Shown here: positions 43,456-54,377 of the stretch, piece after piece
How positions within the stretch are numbered: the first letter of the stretch is position 1
Layout: each line of letters opens with the position of its first letter
Assembly (NCBI GenBank): GCA_965240325.2
Contig: OZ251227.1
Coordinates: 2,418,001 to 2,482,000, forward strand
Reading direction: 5' to 3'
DNA: 64,000 bases
Source of the DNA: Rebecca billardiae RCC1528
Taxonomy: Eukaryota; Protista; Haptophyta
Notes under the pieces: model-generated
The model's input: only the letters and a program-made list of their open reading frames with translations
What the model was told of the DNA's origin: nothing
The model's database searches: none
Translations under genes and position numbers: made by a program

Positions 43456-45057
43456 ATGTTTTCCTCCGCGCTCCAGCCGCTCCTCATGGCAGCGCTCTCC
43501 GTGCGCTGCCCGAGGGGCCGTATGGAGTATGACGCCATGGACGTGCGGTGGACGAGTGAGCTGGGGGGCAGTTTTTTTGTGCACTCGACGTCGCGCATGC
43601 GCGTCGTGGCAACTGCGCGTACGCAGCAGCTGAACACCACTGCCTTTTCCGCACTCCTGCCTTGCGCCCCCGGTGAGCACTACCGTATCGCCGTTTTCCT
43701 TCTCGCCAACCGGTCGGCCATGGCGCGAGAGATTCCGGAGGAGGCATGGCTGCCGCTGGGCAGATTCGTCACGAGCAGGATTCCCAGCAAGCAGCGTTTT
43801 GTGAGCGTATCCGCCACTAGCTACACCACGAATATGGTGAACATCAGCGAGGTCAAGATCGCGGACTTGGTCATGGAGTGCACGCCGGGTGAAGCTACGC
43901 TCTGCGCTTCTCCACACGAAGCCCACCTAGTCGGCAGCTGGGTCAACAGGGGCAGTGCGCCCGGAAGCAATGCTGCATTGATGCTGGATTCGATGCCCAC
44001 AGTCGCGTCCCTCCCACCGAGCGCTTGGAAGGCACACACGCTGGAGTCCTTCGCGGGCAAGCTCGCAGGGGTGAGCCAGTCCGGCAAGGTGCATGCCATC
44101 CGGCCCAGTGCATCCCTCCGCTGCAACTGCCGTTGGAGCCCATTCAGCCCGAGGGGGGCGCGTGGGCCGGCGTGGCTTGACTACCTCACTGTGCCAGTAG
44201 CACAGGCCACTGCTCTCCTCGCTGGTGGAAGCACTCCACCTGCCAGGCGGCCCTGGTTGCACATCATCGGCGATTCCATCACCTCAGCGCTCGGTGCGGC
44301 TGCGTTGACCCTCTTCTTCAACTCTTCAGTCATCCTTCAGGCGATGCATTCGCTGCCTACGAGGGCAGTGCGGCGTGCGAAAGAGAGGCAAAGCGAGGTT
44401 CAAGAGAGGGTGGAAGTGCACACGGAACGAGCACGTGTGAGCTTCTCCGAGTGGATGAGCAAGTCCGTCGACGGCATGTTCGACCGCGACCCGACCCTTG
44501 TATTCGCGGAGATGGGCTTGATTTATCGCAAGGCATGCAGTTCGAGCCCGCCGCCAGGGCCGTGCGCGCACGACTACCCCGATGTGCTCATCATTGGCAC
44601 TGGCCTGTGGGATATCCAGGACCGCCCGCCGAGCTTCATGGGTAGACAGCTCCCCGTCTTACGCCGGCTCCTCGATGCCCTGCTTCCGATGACGCGTGTC
44701 GTTTGGTTCGGCCCGGTTGGCTACTACCACGGGAAACCAGCTATTGGACGCACGTGGCGCACGATGGACCGCCTCCTGCGCCACACAGACGGAGTGCTGG
44801 GCGCCCTGCGAGACCGCGCGGGCGACGACGAGGACAAGAACTCACACGCAGAGGCGTCGGCGAGCTCAGCCCGACCACGCTGGACACTCGTGGACCCAGT
44901 GCCCTTCTTTGCCCCTGTTGCAATGATTCGCACCAAGAAAACAATCGAGCGCAACGGCGGTTTCCGCAGGGACTCGCGCCATTTCTTCATCCCAGTGATG
45001 GTCGAGATGCTGAATGTCATCTTCAACATGATGGCGATCGTCGACAGCGAAGACTGA
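43456..45057 (+). CDS. SGNH/GDSL-like (PC-esterase/TBL-type) acyl-esterase or acyltransferase domain protein; 5' end uncertain
   Basis: Long ORF with IIGDSIT, IIGTGLWD and a C-terminal DSRH (DxxH). Confidence 0.65.
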   Translation: MFSSALQPLLMAALSVRCPRGRMEYDAMDVRWTSELGGSFFVHSTSRMRVVATARTQQLNTTAFSALLPCAPGEHYRIAVFLLANRSAMAREIPEEAWLPLGRFVTSRIPSKQRFVSVSATSYTTNMVNISEVKIADLVMECTPGEATLCASPHEAHLVGSWVNRGSAPGSNAALMLDSMPTVASLPPSAWKAHTLESFAGKLAGVSQSGKVHAIRPSASLRCNCRWSPFSPRGARGPAWLDYLTVPVAQATALLAGGSTPPARRPWLHIIGDSITSALGAAALTLFFNSSVILQAMHSLPTRAVRRAKERQSEVQERVEVHTERARVSFSEWMSKSVDGMFDRDPTLVFAEMGLIYRKACSSSPPPGPCAHDYPDVLIIGTGLWDIQDRPPSFMGRQLPVLRRLLDALLPMTRVVWFGPVGYYHGKPAIGRTWRTMDRLLRHTDGVLGALRDRAGDDEDKNSHAEASASSARPRWTLVDPVPFFAPVAMIRTKKTIERNGGFRRDSRHFFIPVMVEMLNVIFNMMAIVDSED

Positions 45058-45361
45058 CCACGTTGAGGATGAGGCCGGAGGTGCGTGCTGCCGATGATTT
45101 GATGTGACGACGTTATTGTCAGCAGCAGCGACTCTGTCATCTGTGACTGTAGAGTCTAGGTGCCCCGAGTCGCTCAGTCGGCCGCGGGCAGGTGGCCCGG
45201 GGCCGGCGCGGCCCGCGGCCCCGGGCCGCTGGCCAGCGAAGTCGCACGGACACGGTCAGTCCACTGTGCACTATTGCACGGCATATAACCCGCGCGTCAT
45301 CTCCAGTGAACCGTCTACTGATCTCCGCCGCCATCATACTCATCACTATATCAGTCGTCTA

Positions 45362-46774
45362 TCAGCCAGACATGCTGAGCAACGTGGTAGTAGCGGCTTT
45401 TTCACGACGACTGGCCGGTCCGGTGTTGACGCTGACCCGCCGGGGCACCCCCCCAAAGAGCGAAGCCCTCCTTTCTGAGCCATCAGCGTCGCTGACAGAC
45501 GTCATGTAGTCCTTGCCATATGGATCGCCGGTGAGGCCGAACGTGAGGACGTAACGCGCGTGCGGCCACCCGCGATTCTCGATGAACTTGGAGTATCGAT
45601 CGACGAGCTGGATGAGCAGGATACCGCTGATGCCAGTACACTCGAACGCCCAGAACCAGTGCCCCCAGTTCGTATCAAAGAGTCCATGAATGATGACGAA
45701 CATGATCAGCTGCGCGGGAGGAGGAGGGGGCGATGCGCGTCTGTAATCACAACCCGCTGCCTGTCCGATGCGCACCGGCGGGCATGCGTGGAGTCGCCGC
45801 GAGCACGCACGACTGAAAAGCCGAACACTGAAACGTAGAGGAGCCACACGCAGTTGGGATGCAGCCCGTGCCTCGAGTCGCCATGGACCGTGCGGTAGTA
45901 CTTGCCAATCACGTGCAGGTACGTGTACGCCGCGATGGAGGCGAGACTAAAGCAGACCACGGAGACGAGGTGAGAGATCGGCATGTAGTCCGTGGAGAAG
46001 GCGAGGAAGAGTGCGAACGCTGTCTCGAAGATGGAGATCAGGATGAACGCGTACATGTAGCGGTCGTCGTTCTCGTCGTCCTCGGCGACGTTCTCGAGGA
46101 ACGCGCGCAGCCCGTACTCGGACCACCTGACGGTCGCGCCCCAGGCGCGCGACAGAGGAGATAGGGACGCGGGAGGAGGAGGCCGCGGACACGCCGACCG
46201 CGCGCGCGTGGGTGGTGGGCACACTCAGATGCATGCTAGCTGCGCCGCAGCAGCCGGCCAACCACTCGCGCCATCCACGCGCGCACGTGATGAACGAGTT
46301 GCCCTTGAACGCAAAGGCCATCATCCCCGTGGAGTGCGCGTTCGAGATGAACGAGGAGAGCGTGTACCCGATGGGCCTGGGGTCGCTGGGCACGCCGGGG
46401 TCCAGGCCAGGCGTCGCAAAGCTGTCGGGCAGACCGCAGTTGTGTCGCGTGTAGTGGCCTGGGACCCAGTAGACTTGCAGCGGCAGCGTCCATATGTAGA
46501 CAAACGGCACGATCGCGGCCCACAGGCCGAAGTGAAGATAGATCATCGCGCCGTGCCTGTACTCGTCCACCCTGAAGCGCTGCGTGCGGCCTTTCTGGAT
46601 GCTGGGAGGCGTCGGTTGCTCGGCCTGCAGCGGGCGCTGCGCAGATGAGGCGTCTTCACTCCCCTTTGGATCCGCATTGCCGCGCTCTGCGTCTGCCCCA
46701 CGCTTGCTGAACAGCCGAGGCGCCCGGCGTTGCCCACGCTGCGACTTGTTGAGACTGATGACGAAGGGGGCCAT
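45362..46774 (-). CDS. Multi-pass membrane protein, Frag1/DRAM/Sfk1-like (~383 aa). Exons: 46774-46287, 46126-45811, 45709-45362
   Basis: Two frame-preserving GT-AG introns and about six hydrophobic segments, with SSFIS, a conserved-looking His and WAFE. Confidence 0.7.
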
Positions 46775-47032
46775 CGGTGAGGCTCTCCCAGCTTGCTCAT
46801 CGGATTTTGGTGCTGTTAAAAGTCATACGCTCGCATTATTCGAGTGGGCTCGGTGCATATGATCATCATGCCTTTTCGGACGACTATGACGTAAATACGC
46901 GACTGCCACGTTTCAGAGAATTATGATAAGGGGGGACCGTCACACCATGACTGTCAAGCTTGAAACGGCACCCGGATCGGGCGACGAAAAAAGATCCCGC
47001 CTTTCTCGTCGCCATGCGCAGCATGCGCTCGC

Positions 47033-50000
47033 TCATCGTCGGCACTCGGCAGCATCAGTAGCGTCGCCGCCACCCGCCCACCACGTGGCGGCGTTAGTGT
47101 CGCGTACGGCGCGCAGCAGGCTGGCTCGCACGGGCTCCGGCGCCGGCTGCGACGACGCCGGCTGCGCTCTCGGGGCCAATCCTAGGCCTAGCAAGCTGGG
47201 CATGGAGCGGCTTGCGACGCGGGCAGTGGCCTCCGCCTCGGCCTCGGCCGCGTGGCGTGCGGGCGGCGACGCGGACGCGGATGCTGGTGGCTTGGCCGGC
47301 GCGAGCGGGCCGCGCGCTCTCTCGGCCGCGCCCTCGGACGACGGGCGCCGCGAGCGCGCGCGCTCGTCCTCGGCGTCGCGGCTGATCCACGCGGACAGCG
47401 GCGCCCAGCGCGCGAGCAGGGTCGCGTAGCGCCGCTGTCTCGAGCTGAGCTTACGCACGCGCGCCTCGGCCTCCGCCTTGAGGTTGGAGAAGAGGCGGAG
47501 CGCGCGCAGCATCGTCACGACGGTCATCACGCAGCCGACGGCAAGCGGCGCGCCGAGCCGCAGCAGCCGGCGGCGGCTCGCGCGGCGCGACTCCTTCACG
47601 TGCCAGTGGATGTCGCGCGCGAGCACGGCGGCGACGGCGTGCAGCGAATTGATCCGGCAGGTCTGATTGGACCACCAGTCCGCGAGGTCGATCTGGGGCG
47701 CGTGGTCGGGCGCGGCGCGGTCGCGCTCGATCGACGCGGCGGCGATGGCGGCCCACGCCTCGTCCTCGCCCACTGCCGTCACGCCGAGCTCCTTGCGCAG
47801 CGGGCGGAGCAGCTCCGCGCGCAGCCGCATCGCGCCGACGGCGCACGGCGCGCGCCGGTGCGCACCGTACGCGCTCGCCGCGCCCGGCGGCGCGAACGCC
47901 AGAAAGGCGGCGTGGTAGCCCTCCTGCTGCGCGACGATCTCCCGGAGCAGCGCGAGCGTGGCGAGGGGCACGCTCGCGCCCGCCGCGCGCGCGTGCGCCA
48001 GCTCGCCCGCGAGCAGCGCGCGCTCGAGCCCGGCCTTCTCCTTGAGCACCACCAGGTTGACATACGCGTACAGAGCGGGCGCGAGCGACTGGCGGAGCGG
48101 CGAGCGCATCAACTCCATCACCGCGTCGGTTGCGAGGGCCAAGAACTTCTTGTTGAGCGCGGTGTAGAACTCGACGGCGCGCACGTGCGGGAGCGAGGAC
48201 ATGCCGGAGGCGCCCAGGTGCGCGTGCGAGCCCAGCCACGAGCGCCACTCGTGCTCGGCGCCGCCTCGGCCGCCGCCGCCGCCGACGCCGCCGACGCCTG
48301 CCAGCTGCTGCCGCGCGGGCGTCGCGCGCGCGTCGCGCGCGCGGCCGAGCGCGAGCCGCCGCGAGCCGGGCAGAGCGGAGAGCTGCGCGCAGATGGACGC
48401 GTGCACGTCGGCGCCTGGCGTGCGCGGCGGGCGCGCGGGCGCGCACAGCTCGTCCACGACGTCCACGAGGTGCGCGCCGCCGTCCTCCGCCCCGCTCGCG
48501 ACCGCCTCGTCGCTTGTCGCCTCGCCGAGCGCGCCGCCGCTGCCGCCGCCGCCGCCGCTGCCGCCGCCGTCGCCGAGCGCGGCGCCGGCGTCAACGGGCT
48601 GGGCGGGCGCGCCGTTGTGCTCGGTCCACTCGGTGCGCCGGGCCGAGAGCTCGAGCACGTGCTCGATCACGCCCACCGTCGACGCGAGCGGCGCGGGCTG
48701 CGCCGCGGCGGTGTCGGCGAGTGCCGCGTGTTGAAGCAGCGCGCGGATCGCCTGCGACACGGCCGCGTCTGTGCGCGCGTACTGCCCGCCCAGCTCGACC
48801 GCCATCGTGCGGCTCTCGGCGGAGCCGAGGAAGGCGGCCATCATGCCCCGCTCGATCTGCGTCTCGTGCAGCGCGTTGCCCACGCGCAGCACCACGTCCG
48901 TCCCCACCGAGCGCTCCACCGTCAGCGACAGCTCCGCGCTCTCCGCCCACAGCTGATAGGCCTCAAGACCGGTCGCGCCGAGGATGACGAGTGCGCTCAC
49001 GCCGAGCAGCCACGGGATGCGCTGGGAGGCGCGGAAGAGGGAGGGGCTGTCCACGTCGCTCGAGGCGGGCGAGACGCGCTGGCTCGAGCCGCCGCCGCGC
49101 TCGCCCTCCAGCCGCGCGTACGCCGCCGCGTGCGCGTGCGACGCGGAGGACAGCGGCTCAGAACGTTCGGAGCAGCAGCCGGAGCAGCCCGGCTCGGACG
49201 CGCCGCCGTCCGACGCGCCGCAGGGCGCGCTGCCGCCGCTGCCGCTGCACTCGCTCGACGGGCGGCGCTCGGGGCGCGGCGGCAGCGGCGCCGCCGCCGG
49301 CGCCGCCGGCGGCCGCCCGAGCTCCGCGGCGCACGGCTCGAGCTCCGAGGGCGGGGTGGCTTCGGATTCGCTCACGGAGGGCATGGCGCCTGCGGACGCG
49401 GGCGCGCCCACCGCGGCGCTGCTGGCGGCGGAGCCGGCGGTGGTCTGGCCCGCCACGCGGAGCGGGAGCGCGGCGCTGCTGAAGCCGCCCGCGTACAGCC
49501 GCGGCCGCGCGCCGCGCATCCCAACCTCGCGGCACCGCCGCTTGTGCCCTCCCTGCGCCTGCGCTCGGAGCTGAGCCTTGAGCGCGTCGCGCTCGCGCGC
49601 CTCCGCGCGCTCGCGCTCGCGCTGGCGCTCGCGCTCGCGCTCGCGGCGCTGGCGCTGGAGGCGGCGCTCGCGCCGCGCCCACTCCCTCCGCGCGAGCGCG
49701 GCCGTCGCGACCGACGCGTCCGCCAGCACCGCGAGGACCGCGAGGCCGATCGCGCACAGCCCGATCAGAACCTTGATCAGGATGTCCGCCGTGAAGAGGC
49801 CGGCGGCGGTGACGAGGGCGACGCCGACGCGCGAGTGGACGGGCATGGCGCAGAACGAGCTCTCCGCGAGCCACGCGTGCGCGCACACCTCCTGCACCCT
49901 GTTCGCCGGCACGGGCGAGAGCACGCACGCAAACATGCCTGCGATCACGACCGCGAGCCGAGCGACGTCGTTTGCGAGCAGCGGCGTCGGCTCGTCCGGC

Positions 50001-50116
50001 GGGTCGGGCGCGGGCTTGACGCAGTCCGGCTGCTCCTCCTCGCCCGCAGCCTCGTCGCCCAGCGGCGCCACCGCCTGCGGGCGCCGGGCGCGCGCACGGC
50101 CCAGCCCGATGCCCAT
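47033..50116 (-). CDS. Membrane protein with a NIT (nitrate/nitrite-sensing) domain
   Basis: NIT signatures HETQIERGMMAAFLGS, QYARTD, FYTALN, KEKAGLERA, WWSNQTCRINSL lie between two TM helices. Additional N-terminal TMs and a coiled coil. Confidence 0.8.
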   Translation of the reverse strand: MGIGLGRARARRPQAVAPLGDEAAGEEEQPDCVKPAPDPPDEPTPLLANDVARLAVVIAGMFACVLSPVPANRVQEVCAHAWLAESSFCAMPVHSRVGVALVTAAGLFTADILIKVLIGLCAIGLAVLAVLADASVATAALARREWARRERRLQRQRRERERERQRERERAEARERDALKAQLRAQAQGGHKRRCREVGMRGARPRLYAGGFSSAALPLRVAGQTTAGSAASSAAVGAPASAGAMPSVSESEATPPSELEPCAAELGRPPAAPAAAPLPPRPERRPSSECSGSGGSAPCGASDGGASEPGCSGCCSERSEPLSSASHAHAAAYARLEGERGGGSSQRVSPASSDVDSPSLFRASQRIPWLLGVSALVILGATGLEAYQLWAESAELSLTVERSVGTDVVLRVGNALHETQIERGMMAAFLGSAESRTMAVELGGQYARTDAAVSQAIRALLQHAALADTAAAQPAPLASTVGVIEHVLELSARRTEWTEHNGAPAQPVDAGAALGDGGGSGGGGGSGGALGEATSDEAVASGAEDGGAHLVDVVDELCAPARPPRTPGADVHASICAQLSALPGSRRLALGRARDARATPARQQLAGVGGVGGGGGRGGAEHEWRSWLGSHAHLGASGMSSLPHVRAVEFYTALNKKFLALATDAVMELMRSPLRQSLAPALYAYVNLVVLKEKAGLERALLAGELAHARAAGASVPLATLALLREIVAQQEGYHAAFLAFAPPGAASAYGAHRRAPCAVGAMRLRAELLRPLRKELGVTAVGEDEAWAAIAAASIERDRAAPDHAPQIDLADWWSNQTCRINSLHAVAAVLARDIHWHVKESRRASRRRLLRLGAPLAVGCVMTVVTMLRALRLFSNLKAEAEARVRKLSSRQRRYATLLARWAPLSAWISRDAEDERARSRRPSSEGAAERARGPLAPAKPPASASASPPARHAAEAEAEATARVASRSMPSLLGLGLAPRAQPASSQPAPEPVRASLLRAVRDTNAATWWAGGGDATDAAECRR

Positions 50117-50314
50117 CCCGGCTGAGGCCGCCAGGGCGTGCGCGGACGGTCGCGAAGCAGAATCCGACGATGCGCGCACGCTTTCGGGCCGTCCCAGACG
50201 GCATCTCACATCAGGGATTCAGAGTCGAGACTTAACCGAGGGTTATTCGTTCAATAGGTTTGCAACTGTATTTCATCTGCGTGAGAAACTGAGAGGCTTT
50301 CGACTGCGTCGGCG

Positions 50315-51317
50315 ATGACGATGGCGGCGCACATTGGCGGCCCGCTGCGCACGGCTCTCGCGGCGGACGCCAGCGGGTGCTTCGTGGCGACGGCGGGCCC
50401 GCACGGCGTGGACGTGATCGACCTCGACTGGCCGTACGAGCCGCGCGTCAACTTCGCCCAGCCCGTGCACGGCGGCGGCCTGTGCGCGGTCGGCGCGATC
50501 GAGTGGTGCCCGCTGCGCGCGCACGAGGCGCTCGTGGCCTCGGCCTGCGCGCACCGCGTGCTCGTGTGGGATGCGTCGCGCGTCGGCGGCGCGCGCGCGC
50601 TGTGCGCCGCCCTCGAGACGCCCGATCCCGCGCTGTGCGTCGCCGGCCTCGGCTGGAGGCGGCGCGGCGCGTGTGAGATTGCGACGTGCGCCGCTGACGG
50701 CCGACTCCTGCTGTGGTCGGTCGCACAGCGCGCGAGCAGCGTGCCGAGCGCGACGATCGTCGCGCCCGCGCCCGCGCAGCAGCTCCGGTTCGCGCCCGAT
50801 CACCCCGACCTCCTCGCGTGCGCGCACGACGACGGTGTCCGCGTCTGGGACTGGCGCGCGCCCGGCGCCGCTGCCGTCAGCTTCGGGTGCGAGCCCGGCG
50901 CGCGCGCGGCGGCGGCGGCGGCCGTGGACTGGGGCGCGGACGAGCAGCGCGGGGTGGTGAGCTGCGCCGCCGCGGACGGCGCGGCCGAGTGCTGGGACCT
51001 CGCCATGCCGCGCGCGCCCTGGTGCCGCCTGCGCGCCTCCGATGCCGCCGAGCCCTCCGCCGACGGCGCGCGCTCAAGGCCAGGCACAGCGGCACCACTG
51101 CGCAGCGCGCCGCAGCGCGCGGCGGTGCGCGCGTCGCGCGCGCGCGACGGCGTGGTGGCCGTCTGCCGCGACGGCGCCGTCGACCTGTGGTTCCCGCACG
51201 CGCCGCACGCCGCCGCGGTGCGCGTGATGCCCTTCGAGGCGATGGAGGCTCGCGCCGCCGCGCTGGACCTCATTCCTGCGCGCGCGCTCAGCGACGGCGC
51301 CGCTCGGAGCGGAGTCG

Positions 51318-51350
<33 letters not shown>

Positions 51351-53941
51351 GTCCGACTGGCGTGGGAGACGGCGAGGAGGAGGCGTCGGGCGACGAGGAC
51401 GAGGGCGGGGCAGGCGAGCGGCTCGTCGCGTGGAGCCCCGACGGCGTGCTGCGCTGGTGGCGCGTGCACACCGTCCGCGCGCGCCTCCGCACGCAGCTGA
51501 CAGGCGCGCGCGAGGCGGAGGAGGCGGCGGCGGCGGCGGCGGCGGCGGGTCCGCCGGGCGGCGCCGCGGCCGCGGCCGCTGCTGCGCCCGATGGGTGCGG
51601 CGAGTCCGAGCGGCGCGCTGCGCCGAGCGCTGCGCGCGAAGAGGACGCCGCGCCCGCGTGCGGCGACGCCGAGCTCGAGGCGTGCCTCTCGGCCGAGTGG
51701 CGCGCCCTTGACGCGCTCGTGCTGCCGCGGCTCTCGCGCGGCGTGAGCGTCGCGCCGCGGGCGCCTGGCAGCGCGCAGCTGTGCGTGCGCGCGGCCGTGA
51801 GCACGCCGCGCGCGGGCGAAGGCGCGGGCTCGGCGCACGAGGCGTGCGCGCTCGCCGTGCGCTTCAACGTCCACTTCGCCCCCGGGTATCCGCGCACCGC
51901 GCGCCCCGCCTTCGTTCACGCTCCGGCGCCACGCGCAGACGGCGCGCGCGCCGGGCGCGCGGCGGCGGGCGGCGTGGCCGAGGCGGAGGGCGCGTCCGAG
52001 GCGGAGCGCAGCGCGGCGAGCCTGGACTGGGCCCTGAGTGTCGTGCTCCCCGCGATGGTTGCTGTGGCGCAGCAGCATGCCGGCCGGCTGTGCGCCGCCG
52101 CCTGCCTCGCCGCGCTCTCGCGGCTTGTCGACGGCGCGCGCGCGGAGCTGGCGGTGTCCGCGCGCTCGGCAGAGGGCGCCGCCGCGTCCGAGGGCGCGTC
52201 GGCGCTGATCGCGGCGGCGCGGCGCGGCGGCGCGCTCGCGGCGGCGCGCGGCGCGCTCATCGGCGGCACACACGGTGGCCCAAGCCCGGAGCGCCCGCTG
52301 GCGTTCGGCGCCGGCGGCGGCGCCTTGCCGCTCGGCGCGGCGCTCCCGGAGCGTCTAATGGAGGCGGGTGAGGACACCACGGTGCCGGCGCCGCGCACGT
52401 CGGGCGCGGCCTTCTGCGCGGGCGGCGTGCTAGTGATCTTCAGCTCGGCGAGCGCGGCCGCGGCCGCGCCGCACGCGCGCGACGAGGCGGTGCGCACGCT
52501 CGCGGACTTCCACCGGCTGCAGCTCACGCACGCGTACGCGCACGCATACGGTGGCGGCGTGAGCGCGCACGCGTCGCCGCCGCGCTCGCCCGCGCGCGCG
52601 GGCGGCGGCTCGGGCTCGGCGACGCCGGGGCGGAGCGGCGCGGGCGCGGCGGGCGCGGCGGTCGGCGCGCACACGGGCTGGCACTGCGCGGCGGAGCAGT
52701 GGCGCGGCGCCGAGGCCGAGGGCGGGCTGCTCTCCGAGCACGCGCCGCCGGCGTGGCTCGCCGCAGCGTCCGCGGCCGCCGCCTCCGACGACGACGACGA
52801 CGACGACTGCTCGTCTGAGGATGGCGGCCGCTCGGTGGCGAGCGCGCCCGGCGCGTCGCCGACCCTCGGGCGCGTGTGCATGGTGGACGCGTGCGCGCTG
52901 ATGCGGCTGGACCGCGCGCTCGGCGCGGCGTACGCGCTGCCCATCGGCGGGCTGCGCGCCGCCGAGTGCTGCGCGCACAACGCGCGCGCGGCGGGCGCGC
53001 GCCACCGAGCCGACCTCGTCACTGCCTGGGGCTTGTGCGCCGACCTGTGCGCCAGCGCCGAGCTCGCGGCGCGCGGCGGCGCGGCGGCGGCGAGCGTCGC
53101 GCCGGCGGGCTGGCTCGGCACAGAGTGTGGCGCGCGGCTCGCGCGCGCCGTGCTCCGCCACTACGCCACGCTCGGCGACGTGCAGTCCGTCGCGGCGCTC
53201 TCCTGCGTCCTTGCCGCCGTCGCGCCCGACGCTCTGCTGGCAGACGGGGCGTTGGGCCGGGGCGTGCCGGGGCCGGTGTGGTTCTGGCGAGTGTACGCAG
53301 AGCTGCTGCAGCGGTGGGGGCTGCACCACAGGCGCGCGGAGCTGCACAAGATGGGCGCGGGCGCCGCCGCGCCCGAGCAGCAGCGCGCGTCCGGGCGGCT
53401 CGAGTGGGTCATGGGCGCGGACGCGGCCGCGGCAGCGGACGGCGGCGCGGCCGCGGGCAGCGGCAACAGGCCGCGCCGGCCGGAGGGCTCGGCGCGCGCC
53501 GCCGGTGGGCCGCACGCGCGCGCGCTGCAGTGCACGCTGTGCCACACGTCCGTGCGCGGCCGCTCGGTGTTCTGCGTGCGCTGCGGCCACGGCGGCCACC
53601 TCGAGTGCCTGCGCGCGTGGTTCGAGTCCGGGCGCACCGCGTGTCCGGCCGCGTGCGAGTGCGCGTGCCTCTACGCAAATAGCAGCGCGCCGCGGCCGCC
53701 CGTGCACGCGCACGCGCACGCGCACACGCCGCTGCCAATCAACCAGAGGACGGCCCCGCGCGCGCCGGCCGCGCACCTGGCCTCGCAGCCCGGCGCCGCC
53801 ACACGCCGCGTGCTTGCCAGCGGGCTCATCGATCGCACCCCGCTCGCGCCGACGCCGGCTGGGCACGCCGACGGCGCGGCGGATGATTGGGAGCTGGTCG
53901 ACGGCAGCTATGGGCTCGGCCCGCACGCGATTGCCGTCTGA
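50315..53941 (+). CDS. WDR59: GATOR2/SEA complex subunit WDR59 (Sea3)-like
   Basis: N-terminal WD40 repeats, RWD-like segment (FAPGYP...PAF), PAPRTSGAAF, CAHNA, GDVQSVAALSCV, YAELLQRWGL, and a C-terminal CTLC...CVRCGHGGHLEC...W...CPAACECAC RING. Confidence 0.85.
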
Positions 53942-54377
53942 TCACTGGTCTGGTCACGGCTGCTATCAGGGAGCCACGCGCTAGATCGCGCTCGCGCGAC
54001 CTAGAAATGACCTGTGGCTGACTGGCTGTTACGAGTGTGACTGTCCGCAGCGGGCGCCCCGGTCCGCCGCGCCGCACCGTCACCCGCCCCCGGCAACCGG
54101 CCGGGCCGAGCGGCCGGCCGGCGGCGGCAGTCTCGGTCGGCAGCCGTGCTCCGACACGGTTGATCAGACCAGCAGCGCAAAAAGACCGCTAGTCCTGCCC
54201 AGACCAAACCCCTACCCATGAGGTCATCAACCCCACACACTCCCTTGAGCCCAACTACCGATCGGGCCGCCATGCTCATGACGACGACGCGTAAATAAAA
54301 AAGGGTCGGGCCTTAAAAAAACCGATGAATGATCGCTACTCGTTCGGCCTTGCCAACGACCTGCCAAGGCCTGCAGC

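Noticed and set aside
45194-45227. 12-bp GC-only inverted repeat
   Set aside because: Low complexity in GC-rich DNA; likely chance.
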